A stretch of DNA of 64,000 nucleotides. Origin: Azolla caroliniana (taxonomy: Eukaryota > Plantae > Polypodiophyta). The notes below the pieces were generated by a model. It did no database searches and had not been told where the DNA came from. It saw nothing but the letters and a program-made list of their open reading frames with translations. The stretch covers positions 5,270,001-5,334,000 of the forward strand of contig JBHGNT010000002.1 in the NCBI GenBank assembly GCA_043228905.1. Direction: 5' to 3'. The first letter of the stretch is position 1; each line of letters begins with the position of its first letter. Positions 38,463 through 51,089 of the stretch are shown in pieces. Position numbers and translations under genes: made by a program.

Positions 38463-41400
38463 TGTTACCGGCCGGCAAAGGAGTCCAGAGTGGGAAACGG
38501 AGAGCTAATTAAGTAGTAGGAATGTGGTTGTAATTAAGCTATGAGTGTGGACGGACGTACCGGAAACGGTATGCCGTTCCGGATCCAGACCGATCCCGAA
38601 CAGGTGCGGATGGCACCGTTTTGTAATACAGACTGGGAACCTATTTAAAGGACCGGATACAATGTAATAGTTAGTGGTTAATTAATGAAAGCTTAAGCGT
38701 TGTTATCTCTCTGTGTTAATTGTCGTTCTGTCTTAATTGTTATATCTTAAGCGTGTTATGAAAGACGATCCTAATAAGTAACTTAATTAAGTCGGATTAA
38801 GCGTTGAAGTCTAATCCGGTGGCCGTAACACCCTTTGGTGAAGTGTCTCCCGTAGACACCCTGTGTTAGGCCATTGTCCGGCCCGAAGAGTTAACACAGT
38901 TTTTGGCGACCACTAAGGCAACCCCCCTTTGGAAACGGAGTCGAAGAATGATACACGGCGATACAAACCAACAATGTACAAGAAATGTGCGAGAAATGAT
39001 GAAAATGGTAGATTGATGATGTCTCTGAGCATTATCATCATTTTTGGTCTTTGGATAATCACTACTCCTATAACCCTAACCCCATTTTCTATTCCTATTT
39101 TCCTAACGCTAACTCCTCTACCATTCCTTGCACTAGATACCCTAGCCCTAGTTTCTTCTACACCCATGGGCCTTATGAGTTTAGCCTAAACTCTTCGTGT
39201 ACTAACCCTAAGTGCGTGCCTCTAGCCCTTATACTAACCCTGATACTAACACCTACATTAACCGCCACAACGCATGTGAGCATGATTCATATCATGGTGG
39301 CACTCATAATAAGCATCGTTTGTTCATAATCCATGATCTCCAAGATGATGCATATGAAGGAATGTGCGGTTATTCTTCGTTGTAATCATAATCATTAGGG
39401 TCACCATTGCTAAAATAATCAACAACAAATAGATGGAGACGACAGCCGAAATGCACAGCCATGGAAAACGAAGACGGCAAGTCAAGGACGACAGCAGCGG
39501 TTGGAATGGCTAGACGGGCTGGACAGAGAACTGACAAACGACGACCAGAATGACAACGATCGGATGGCGGTGGCCACATACCAATGGATAGAGTGGTGGT
39601 TGACCAGTAGCGGCCCGGTCGGACAGAGACAAACATGACCGGATGGGCTAAATGGCCGGAATGATGATGAAGCCGGGACGATCACCGGATTGTGGTGGGC
39701 AGACAACCAATGGCCGAAGCGGTGGTCGAATAGCAACGGACAGAGTGGCGGCAACCGGATGCCCCTGACAAAGACAGCGGCGTCGGCCTCACAATAGACC
39801 AATAGTGGCTCTGGCCGAACAACAACGAAAGCAACGACGGTCAGACAGTGGCCGAAGAGCGGGCAGAGTGGCCAGACAGAAGCCGGAGCGGCCGGAGTGA
39901 CCGGAGAGCGGCAAGAGCGACCGGAATGGCAGAACATCGGTCAGAGTGGCCGAACAACATCGAAACGAAGGCGGCCGGATTGGACAAATGGACGACGCCG
40001 GACAACGACTAAGATGGAGACGGCCAGACATCGACCGGACCGTCGACCAGACCGGGTGGACGGACGAACGGGCCGTACGATGGAGATCGCCGGACCGACG
40101 GTCGGACAACCGCGGAAGAGTAACCGGACGGGCCAGACGGACACAGAGATGGGAGATGAAAATGGTTGGAGATACAAGTGGACATCAGATGGCCGGACAG
40201 CAATCGACGGCCGGAGGGAATGGCCGGTGAGATGAAGTGGTGATAGCCGGACAAAGGGCGGCGATAGCCAAAAATCAGCGGCCGAAGCGGCTGAACAGCG
40301 ACCAAGGAAAGCAACGGCCAGATGATGGTCTCAATGCACAGCGGTGGCCAGATAGCAGCGGTGGCCAGATAGCAGCGGTGGCCTGAAACCCTAAATAGAC
40401 AGCCAGAGTTGCCGAAACGATGGGCTGGATGGCAACGGAGCCGGAGACAGAGATGGAGTGGCAGGAGTAGCCGACACAATCAGAATAGCTGGCCAGTGGC
40501 CGGAATGGTGAAACAACCACCACCTCAGGCAGAGACCTGACAGGAGGCTGACGGGATATGTAAAAACAGAAAAAGAAAGAGAAAAACAAGCGAAAGAAAA
40601 AGAGGAAGAGAAAGAGGAAGAGAAAGAGAGGAAACAGAAAAATAAAAAGAGAAAGATTGAGTAGAAAAATTATGGTTTGCAAAGAGGCAAGAGTGTGAGA
40701 GAGGAAGATGAAACAGAAAAGAGGGAGGGAAAAAGATAACCATACGGAGCATCCTCGGATTTTGGAAACTGAGGACATCCAAGAAATTTCAAAAAACAAA
40801 CCTAAGGGCACTATTGGAATTCTAGATACATGAGGGTATCAAACATAATTGTAAAAACCTGAGGGTATATAAGAAAATTTTAAAAATCAAAGGGCACCTA
40901 TGAAATTTTGAAATCTCATCCACCTAAAGAAATGGACGCGATCGACCACGACAACTCACAAAATCAACAAAGAATAACATACATTCACACAACATTTTTA
41001 AGGACCCGAAAGAGGATACCAAAGTTCGTAAGACGACAGAATGAGAATGTTCGTGTCGCGGAAAAGTCGCTGACCGATGGAGATTATCGAGTCAAGCGCT
41101 CCGATCGAGGGAGTCGATCGTTGAAAGGACCGATGGAAGTTCCGGTCGAAGAGATATCATCATCAAGGCATGTGGGATCGACGTTGTCGTGAAGATTTTC
41201 GGCAATAGTGTGAAAAACCCATAAAACGTACGAAATCGAGTATGAATCACGTAATACAATAATTGTGAAGATAACATTTTTAATATCTAAGTACAAAATG
41301 ATGGAGATTTCGAATGCACTTTATTACACGAGAAATGGACAACTAAATGTCAAGATATGAGGGTATAAAGTTTGTGAAAAGAAAAGAGAAAATTGTGAGA

Positions 41401-42677
41401 TATCCCACATAGGCACGACAAATACGGCTCTCATCATATATAAGGTGGAGCAAAAGATATTATCTTTGTGTCTATGTGTGGAGCATAGAGAGTTCAAGGT
41501 AACTTGAACTAAGAGTGGAGGTGGCTAGCTACTCGTAAAGGGTTTTGGCCAACCAAAACCGGACCGGCGATGGAGCTGGTGATCCGACGGCATCCGGCGA
41601 GGCGACGGCATCCGGTGACCAACGGCATCCGACGGCGGCACCGGTATCCGACGGCGGCATCCGGCGAGGCACCGGTATCCGGCGAACCGGCGACTAGATA
41701 AATAAATATATAAATATATGTACATATTTACATATACAAGGAGGGCAAGTATGGATTCGAAACTTGCACCTCCAAGTTTGGAGTCAAATGGCTTACCATT
41801 AAGCCATGTATTTAGTTGAAATTATATTTCTATCATTGTACTTTTACATGTAAATTCTCATACATGAGAGCTAAAATGAGTGACATGGTTAGCATGCACC
41901 ACATGTAATACTTAAGCGCCAAATGGCAAACATGCAATTTATGCATGTCTTGTACCCTCACATGCATCATATGCATGAGAGCATCTATAAAAGAGGGAAG
42001 GGGGAGGAGAAAAAACACAGTTTTTTTTTATGAAAATTAAGAGGAAAAAATTCGTTATCAAATTGATCGTGTAATCTCAACTTCTCTCTTTCCCAATCTA
42101 TCTTAAGTACTTTCTCGCCAAAGCTTGTATCGACTCTAAATCCTTCTGGTCCAGAACCCCGGCGGTTCCGCCTCACGATCCGCACGTAGTGAGTTTGCAT
42201 ATGAGTTTAATACCTTGATTTGTTATAAACGATATGCGGTTGGTCTCGTATGCGTAAGAGGTCAATACCTCAATTGCGTATTACGATGATCTCTTATTTG
42301 TGGATGTTTCGTGTGCGTAGAGGTATATACCTCGATTACGTATCTCGATCACATCATTTGTGGCTATTTCCCACGGGCGTGCCATATTGTGTTACCCCGT
42401 ACGAGCTGTACGGAGAGTCAAGTGTGATGAGCGAGGGTCGAATATTATCATGATGATGTTGTATATGTGTAGGGAACATAAATGTAATTGTGAGTCGATA
42501 TGTATGTGAACACATGCACATGTGTGTGCATGTGGAGGGATACGATGAGGTGTGAGTGAGTGTCCAATATGAATGCTCTAGGGGGCTTACACCCCTTTGT
42601 ATCTACCCCCTCTTGTATTATTTAACCCCTTTATGGGGAATGAATGAATGAATGAACATTTATCTCTATCTCTCTTT

Positions 42678-42720
<43 letters not shown>

Positions 42721-42963
42721 CCTCAACGTTGAACCCCCTTGGGAGGGGGGTGGAGCCATTCTAGGCACCACCCCCCACCCCGCAATGCTCATCAATGTCA
42801 TCCTTACCCCGCGATGCTTCTCAATAATTCTCAACATCTTCATGTCAATCTCTCTCACCATCATACTCTTCATCATCTTTGCTATTTCACCATGTCTATC
42901 TTCGTCATCATCAATCATCATCATTATCATTCTCATTAACCCTAACCCTAAAAACCTACAACA
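38463..42963 (+). mobile_element. Element B: non-coding mosaic LTR-type element with dissimilar terminal LTRs (38463-38896 and about 42390-42963)
   Basis: TSD CATCT (38458-38462 / 42964-42968); removing it restores G gag RIHQPS|DGTTKFFSF; PBS TGGCGACCAC at 38904; inverted-PBS motif at 42367-42384. Confidence 0.85.
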
Positions 42964-44651
42964 CATCTGACGGGACAACTAAATTTTTTTCATTCAGATC
43001 ATTAATGAATTTACAGATGAAAGAAGGTGAACAATTCGACACATTTATAATGAAGTGGCAAAAGCAATTAGATAGAGCCATCACTTCAGGAAATAATATC
43101 GATGAAATATCTAAATGTGAAATTTGGGAGCAGTACCAGAATCATGGATGACTTTTGTAAGTATTCATAGTGAAGACAAAATTTTAAATTTACAAAATGT
43201 AGTAGCAAAGTTAAAGCAGGATGAACTACGAAGGAAAAGAATGAGTTCACAACACGAGGCTAGCCACATGGCCATGGCAACCTCAATGAGAAATAATCGA
43301 GGCAACTTTGCGAAGCATAAATTTAAACGGTTTCCAAACAACCAGAAGTTTCAACAAAAGAACAAATCAAATGGAATGGGAGGCTTGACGATATCGACGA
43401 TCACATGTGGGTATTGTAATAAACAAGGTCATTTTGAAAAAGATTGTAGAAAGAAGCAATTTGATCTTAAAAGGAAAGGGAAGAAGTCTTATCCCCAAAT
43501 TCGTAGTGCATCATTACAAAATGATAATGTGAACTATTGTGAAGAAGATGAAGACAATAATTTTATACAAGCTTTTACAAGTGATGCAAATGAAAGTCAA
43601 GTGAATCAAAAGAAAGGCAATGACAACCTTTGCTTCTTCGAAACTGGGGCGACGCATCACTTGACAAATAACAGAAATCTTCCACATAACTACTACCCCC
43701 TTCCACAAGCATTCCAAGTTACATTCGGCGACCATGGCACAAAAGTCGCCATTGGCAAAGGGGAAGTACACTTGTCTCTAAACAAATCAAAGACGACAAG
43801 CATTCCAAATGTTTATTATGTTCCAGGTGTAATGAGAAACTTAATATTTGTAAGTGAAGCAACAAAAAATGGAACAAGTATACAATTCAATAATAATTTT
43901 GCAGTTATTTATCATGAATTTCCTACTAGTGAGATGTTAAGATGGACAAAACTCCTATACAAGCCCTCTTTGCGTTAGGCGCTGCACAGATTGATCGTAC
44001 AATGCTTTGCCATCATCGACTCGGGCATCTAACTCGAAGGCAATGAAGATTGGCCAAGTTCATAAATTATTCGAAGGAATTCCAACGAATTCATTTAGCT
44101 ATATATCAATATTCGAAGGATGCATCTACAACAAGCAATGTCGACAAAAGTTTCCAATAAACAAACAGAAAAGGACGGAAAGACCACTACAACTAATTCA
44201 TTCATACTTATGTGAACCGATGCAATCTCTATCAATACATGGTAACAAGTATTTTATTTCATTTATAGATGAATTCACAAGATTCACTATATTGCACTTT
44301 CTTAAGAAGATATCAGGTGCATACAATGCATTTACAAGTTACAAAGCATATGTAGAAAATCAATGTCAACTTAAGATCTCAACTGTTCGTACCGACAATG
44401 GAGGGGAGTATTTCAGTGATGAATGTCCGAAGAGGTTTTGTGAAGAAAATGGAATAAGGCATGAGCATATTGTACCATACAACCCACAACAGAATGGTAT
44501 AGTTGAGTGCAAGAATCGAACCCTCCTAGATGCATGTCGAAGTATGATTCAAGTTGCCGGATTGCCTCTTCGATTCTAGCAAGAAGTTGTTGCCACTGCA
44601 TGTTACCTGTAAAACCGATCACCACATAATATTCCTTGAGCAGAAGGAAAC

Positions 44652-45154
44652 TGTCACAACCATGACAACAGTCATGTCAAGATTTGAACTCTTGACCTCT
44701 TATATATAGTCAAGTGTTGTGTTCTAACCAACACGTCCAAATATATGGTCATATTATGTATATCTTAGTAGATTATTAGTAGATTATCTATTTCAAGTTC
44801 TAGGAGTTTTTAGAAAGTTCTAGAGGGTTCTAGAATATTCTCTCGAATATTCTAATGCATGTACTTCGACTCACAGTACAATACTTGTAACCTCCTAGGT
44901 CCCTTTCAAGGGATTCAACACCAGTCATTGACACGTCAATCTAGTATTCTTGTTTAGCCCCATCTTCTCTCCTTGATTTACATTTCTGTCTTTATGCTCT
45001 TGTATTGTTCCTAACATCTTAAGTTCCTCATCTTGTCGCTCCCAACTTCCCGAGTTTCTATCCCCATCATGTCGAGTTCCACGTTTGTAACCTTATGGGT
45101 CGTAGCGTCGTCATCTATGCTTTGTTGTAGTCTAGTGTTGAAATGTTCGTGATA
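44652..45154 (+). mobile_element. Element J: solo LTR, distantly related to the D LTR family
   Basis: TGTCAC...GTGATA termini, TSD GAAAC (44647-44651 / 45155-45159), TCTAGA-rich repeats as in D. Confidence 0.8.
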
Positions 45155-47251
45155 GAAACGCCATCACAGAGAAGGAGCAAGGACTCTGACAATGGAGTGA
45201 ATCCTTTTATAGTGGAGGATACCCTTTTGGAGCGCGCCAACTCTTCCCTCTTCTCCAATTCAGTTGAGCAACTCATTGCTCAACGTCATTCTTTAACACC
45301 TACTAACCCATTAACACCTATTCACACAAGTTCTCAAGTAACTTTAAGTCACCCACATACAGGTTTCACACTAGAAGCATCAACTAGTGTCAATATAACT
45401 TCTTCTCCACTTGACACTTACCCAACAAATGAAGATTTTGATGATTAGCTGCAACCAATAAATCAAAATTTTCATAATATTTACGAAATTATGGAAGCCA
45501 CATGTCCATTCGAAGCTCTCATGGCTGACTTGGGACCGGAGCCTATTGACAAGTTTGAAGATGATGACGGTGATATTCCACTTGAGGACATAAATCTCAC
45601 TCCAAATACAGCTCTTAATGGTTCCGAGAGTGAAATGTGGAAGTCGGCGATGCAAACAGAGATGGATGCACTCATGCGAAATGGGACATGGACCTTGGTC
45701 CCACGACCGAAGAATCGCAACGTCATATCTAGTAAGTGGGTACTTACGAAAAAGAAAGATGCACATGGTGTAGTGATGAGATATAAAGCTCGTGTTATCG
45801 GTCGTGGCTTTTCACAAATTCCTGGCGTGGATTTTAAAGAAACATTTGCTCCGACACTAAAAATGGTTCCATTACAAACCATGCTTGCTTTTTCGGCCGG
45901 TTTTAATCTCGAACTTCACCACTTGGATATCGAAACCGCATTTTTACATGGTGACTTAAATGAAGAAATATTCATGCAACAACCGCCATTTTTTGAAGAT
46001 TCAAAATTCCCAAAGTATGTTTGTAAGCTTCATAACTCTTTGTATGGTTTGAAACAATCTCCACGAATGTGGCACTATAAGTAAGCTCCATACATTTCTT
46101 ATGTCTATTAATTTTCGGCATCTTCAAGACAAGCCAAATCTTTACATTCGTAAAGAAGGAAGTCATTATGTAATCATTGGAGTGTATGTTGATGATTTGC
46201 CAATTGCCTCTAACTCTACTACTTCAATACGAAAGGTTATAACTTACTCAAGGAGAAGTTTCCCATCAAAGACCTTGGACCACTAGAGTATTGCCTTGGT
46301 ATTAAGGTAACAAGGAATAGGATGGAAGGCACACTTACCATGTCGCAACGGAAGTTGGTCGAAGAAATTCTTCACAAGTTCGAGATGTCTGATTGTAAAC
46401 CTATTGCAACACCAATGACCATACCGTGCAAACTATCATCCAATGATAGTCCAAAGACCGTGGAAGAAGAGAAACTCATGAAATCACTTCCTTATCGACA
46501 AATCCTTGGAAGCATAAGGTACCTTGTGAGTTGTACACGTCCGGATTTGTCTTACTCGGCTGGTTTTCTTTCTAAATTCATGCAGAATCCCGGAGTAGCT
46601 CATTGGAAGGCTTTAAAGTGAGTTCTTTGTTATCTACAATACATTAAAGACATAGGTAGATAACATACAAGTCTTTCCAATCTAGGAATTCGTCCAACTT
46701 AGTGGTTGGCTCCAAACACCATTAGTTGGATGGACAGATTCCGATTTGGGGGGGATCTTGATACCTCCCACTCAACATCCGGTATGGTTTTCACATTCAC
46801 TGATGGAGCAATTGCATGGAGAACCAAACGTCAAGTATCGGTGGATGTTTCTAGCACCGAAGCGGAATATGTTGCGGCGGCATTAACGGCGAAAGAAGGA
46901 TTGTGGATAAAGACGATCATTGAAGAGCTCAACATCATAAAGCTTAATGAAGTCAAAGTTTTTGCGACAATCAATCATGCATTAAGCCAGCTATCAGTCC
47001 AAAGATCACGAATCAAAACAAACATATAAGAGCACGCCATAATTTTATTCAAGCATTGGTAGAAGCAAAAGAAATGTATTTACATTACACATCTACTACA
47101 ACAATGTGGGCGGATTTTTTGATGAAGCCAATACCACAACAAAAACATTGGAATTGTTGTAATAAAATTGGTCTTAGCATTAGTAAGATCAATAAAGAAA
47201 AATAAACTCTTTATTTTATGGGGGGTTGTTAGATTATAAAATGAAGTATAA

Positions 47252-47380
47252 TATTAGGAGTACAAATAAAATATATTATGATAAATAAAGTAATAAATAA
47301 TAATTCCTAAAATACCCTTTTTTAGGAATTTTTATTTATTACTTTATTTATCATAATATATTTTATTTGTACTCCTAATA
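47252..47380. repeat. 61-bp fold-back inverted repeat at the truncation point of the G 3' LTR
   Basis: 47252-47312 and 47320-47380 are reverse complements (1 mismatch) around a 7-nt loop. Confidence 0.9.
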
Positions 47381-50300
47381 AAGTAAGAAAGACGGCTAAA
47401 CACTGGGTCGAATAGGAAAATTGGAGGAATGCCAAAAGAATGCATAAAGAGATGAAGGACCAACCGACAGAGCCAAAGCTGATGACGGACGAGGGATCTG
47501 AAAGAGATGACCCCATATGGCAAGGCTTAGCCAACTACCAACTAACACTACCGCTGGTAGGTTTATTAAAGCTCATGTTGAGGTTTATTGAAACATTGAT
47601 GGCAATTATTAAGAAAGAGGATCAACTGGCCATCCCAATCCATTTCACAAATCCTAGTCGGGGATCGACCGTGCTAGATGAGCAAAACCCGTCCATGAAA
47701 GTAATCATGAAGGGCACAAAGTTGCCAGGAGCTATCATCGACGGTGGATCAAGAGTCAATGTGATTAGTAAGAAGATTTGTGACAAGCTTGGCATCCAGG
47801 AATGGGAAGCTTGCCCATTCTCGCTTTGGATGGCTGACACAAGCTTCGTAAGGCTGATAAGGTAATTCGAAAATTGAAAATTTTGGTGGGGAGATACCCA
47901 TTCCAAATATTTGGATGTGGTTCTGCAATTGGATGTGCCGAGAGCCTATCCACTTCCATTTGGTTGACCGTGGTTGCGGACGATGCACATAAAACAAAAT
48001 TGGCAAAAGAACATAATTAGCTTCTGGCAAGGGAAGACAAAGGTTTGAGTGTCGATGTAGGATCGCGTGGCAACAAAGAAAGACATAACCCCACTGTACG
48101 TTGAGGGAATTAATATGATGGAAGGGTTAGCCGATGAGGAGGTGGACCAATACCTCAAAGAAAATCCCAAGATAGTGTCATTGTTCAAGATCAATGTGGT
48201 GGAGATGGTCACACCATAGGTGTCTAGGAAGGACACAGAGACGAACGAAGAATTACGAGAGCCAGATCCGAATGACGTCAAAGAATTGCGCCAGGCACAT
48301 GAAGCTCTAGAGTGGGAGATGGAGATCTCTCAGCGGGTGAAGGTGTCGACATTGAAAGAAGTCAATATGGGTTCGGCGATGGAACCCCGACCAGGACAAA
48401 TAGCCAAGGAGATGGAGCCGAAAACTAAGATGGAAATGGTCACACTATTGAAAGAATACAAAGATGTATTTACTTGGTCTTATGAGGACATGAAGGGATT
48501 GGATCCCAATTTTTATCATCATAAGATCCACTTGAGTAAGGACACGAAGCCAGTATAGCAAGGACGGTACCGGATGAACCCAATTTATGCTACGAAAGTA
48601 AAAGAGGAGATTGACAAATTGTTTAGAGTCGGGTTTATTCGGCTGATCAAGCAAGCAAAATGGCTAAGCCCAATTGTCGTGGTGCCAAAAATGAATGGTA
48701 AGATCCGGATATGTGTCGATTAACAAAAATTGAACACAACGACAATTATAGATGCATTCCCGCTACAATTTATTGACGGTGCATTAGATGTCGTAGCCAG
48801 ACATGAGGTATACAACTTTCTCGACAACTTTAGCAGGTATAATCAAATCCAGATGCACTTGGATGATCATGAAAAGGTAATAGTGACAGAGTGGGGAATA
48901 TTCATCATCGTGGTAATGATGTTCGGCTTGAAGACCGCGTCAACGACATTCCAAAGGATAATCATGGAAATTTTCGGCGAATACTTTCCCGCATTTATGC
49001 AGGCATTTTTGGATGACTTTGTCGTATATAGTAGAAGAGTCGACCACTTGGATCATCTTCGGCCATGCTTGGAAAAGTGTCTGACAACCCACTTAAGTCT
49101 TAATCCGGTAAAATGCGCGTTCGAAGTAACTAGTGACACATTACTTGGCCATATCGTCAACCAAAAGGGCATTGTGGTGGATCCGGATAACTTGGTAAAA
49201 GCTATTTTGGAGGTACCAATTCTAATAGACGCCATAGTGCTTAACCAATTCCTTGGGCAAATAAGGTTGCACAATCGGATGTTGAGATACTTAGCTGACT
49301 TCGCCACACCATTGCATGCAGCCATCCATCAGACGTCATTTCAATGGACAGAAATCAAAGGCAAGGCATAACAAGCTTTGAAGGTAATGTTGTTGCAAGC
49401 CCCGATTGTCTAGCCTCCCAATTGGATGAAAGACTTTCATGTATTTGTAGATGCATTAGATGTCGCGATTGGGAGCGCACTCATGTAGCTGTTGGAGCCG
49501 AATTGGTAACGGTCAGTATACTACTCCAACCGGAAATTGTTGAAAGCGGAGTGAAATTATTCGACGACGGAGAGAGAGGCATCGGGGATGGTGTATAACG
49601 TAAACAAGTACTAACACTACATGTTGGGCCAAAAGTTTTCATTTCACGTAGATCATTTGGCGTTATTGTACTTACTGTCGAAAGCATCCCTCACTGACAA
49701 ATTGGCCAAGTGGGCGTTGCTCTTACCACTCCAAAACATGACAAGGGATGAATGGAAGCAGTTGGCGGTACGCAATTGGATTTTTTGTCTGTCATAAGAT
49801 GGGCTATATCACAAAGGGACCAATGACATCTAGTGATGCTAAGTCCAGAACCACGAAAAGGAAGTAGTGTCGCGGGAAGCACACTATGGAGTAGTTGGTG
49901 GCCATTACACATGAGATGTGGCGGCTAGTAAGATTTGGCAGAGTGGTCTATGGTGGCCGACCACTCAAAGAAATGTGTGACATATTGCCGGAATGCAATT
50001 TATGCCAGAGGATGGGCCAGTCAACAAAAAAAGCCAAAATGCTACACCAGTCAATCCTGTTGTTGGAGCTTTTCCAAAAATGGGGATTAGATTTTGTTAG
50101 TCCATTCAAGTCAGCATCAACACAAACCGGAAATAGGTATATTGTTGTAGCCACAAACTATTGCAGCATGTGGTTAGAAGCCAATTTAAGCATTAAGGAA
50201 CAATACGACAACATCGACGACAAAATTTATGTATGAGCACATATGGTGCGGATTAAATTGTCTCATCAAGTTAATCAGTGATCAAGGAGGCCACCTCATC

Positions 50301-51074
50301 AACAAGGTTATTCAAGGATTGACATTGTGTTATGTCGTAGTGCACAAGAAGAGTACATCATACTATCCACAAACAAACAGATTGGCTAAATCGACAAACA
50401 AGACGTTACAAACGATCTTGAGGAAAATTGAGAATGAGAATCAGACAAACTAGGATCAGAAGTTGCACAACGCGTTAAGGGCATATCAGACGAGCTACAA
50501 AACGAGCATACAATTGACGTCATTCCAATTAGCATTCAAATTAGAGGCGGTGATGCCGATCGAATTCCAAGTCCAAAGCTTTGGGGTGCAGGTACAAGAA
50601 CGGCTCAACGAAAAAGAATCGGAGTAGAAGAGACAAGAATGGTTGATAGAGTTGGAAGAGGATAGATTACGATGCATGTGGCAACTAGAGCAGGACCAAC
50701 GCTGACGAAAGTCGTTTGTCAAGCAACATAAAAAAGGTAATGAGAAGATGTTCGAAATCAGCAAAGTCGTATTTGTGTTTCAAACCCAGATGGGGCTAAT
50801 GCCGGGAAAGTTGAGATTTAGGTGGATGGTCCCATATTGCATTATTGATTAGTTGAATGGGATGTACCAGCTCGACACATTGCCAGGTGAAGAAGTGTTG
50901 AAATGGGTAAATGGGTTTAGATTAAAACCCTACTTAGGGCCAACACCGCCCAACTCGTTCGCTGACGGGAAGAAAAGTCGAAACAAGTCAGCTAACAATG
51001 GGGTACCTAAAGAGGAAGGAGGCCAAACCGGTTTGGATATAGCGGAGACGGCATCGACAAATCAAGAAGAGTAA
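47381..51074 (+). pseudogene. pol: Element H pol remnant (protease, RT, RNase H, integrase), heavily stop-mutated
   Basis: ORF fragments 47440-47865, 48220-48558, 48730-49371, 49895-50453 and 50853-51074 align by eye with A pol. Confidence 0.9.
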
Positions 51075-51089
51075 AATCACCATAACTCT

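Larger units (their letters stand above)
38106..47200 (+). pseudogene. gag-pol: Element G gag-pol remnant, interrupted by B (38463-42963) and J (44652-45154)
   Basis: KLITHNYRMWKTRMEL (gag), CGYCNKQGHFEKDC (zinc knuckle), ETGATHHLT (decayed protease), FIDEFTR/RTDNGGEY/PQQNG (integrase), YKARVIGRGFSQ/LDIETAFL/YVDDL (RT), SSTEAEY (RNase H). Confidence 0.9.
5170..47312 (+). mobile_element. Element G: degenerate Ty1/Copia; 5' LTR 5170-5351 + 37919-38025 (split by F); 3' LTR truncated (47227-47312)
   Basis: 5170 TATTAGATTATAAAA... matches 47227 TGTTAGATTATAAAA...; PBS TGGTATCAGAGC 38026-38037 (tRNA-iMet); G-run PPT at 47220-47225; Copia domain order gag-PR-INT-RT-RH. Confidence 0.85.
3069..51074 (+). 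mobile_element. Element H: degenerate non-chromovirus Ty3/Gypsy related to element A; outermost host of the nest (pieces 3069-5169 and 47381-51074); 3' end missing
   Basis: 5' LTR plus PBS TGGTGACCACGA. Gag remnant QFYIEYQEPYETVPQFVILFQ matches A. Pol remnant resumes at 47381 (IIDGGSRVNV, VMMFGLKTA, FLDDF, FQKWGLDFV) colinear with A. Confidence 0.85.

Noticed and set aside
39370-40811. Protein-coding ORFs in the interior of B
   Set aside because: Overlapping low-complexity frames on both strands generated by repeats.
41740-41810. Functional tRNA gene (also 27643-27702 and 29207-29262)
   Set aside because: A and B boxes are present, but I could not build an acceptor stem or full cloverleaf; treated as tRNA-derived.
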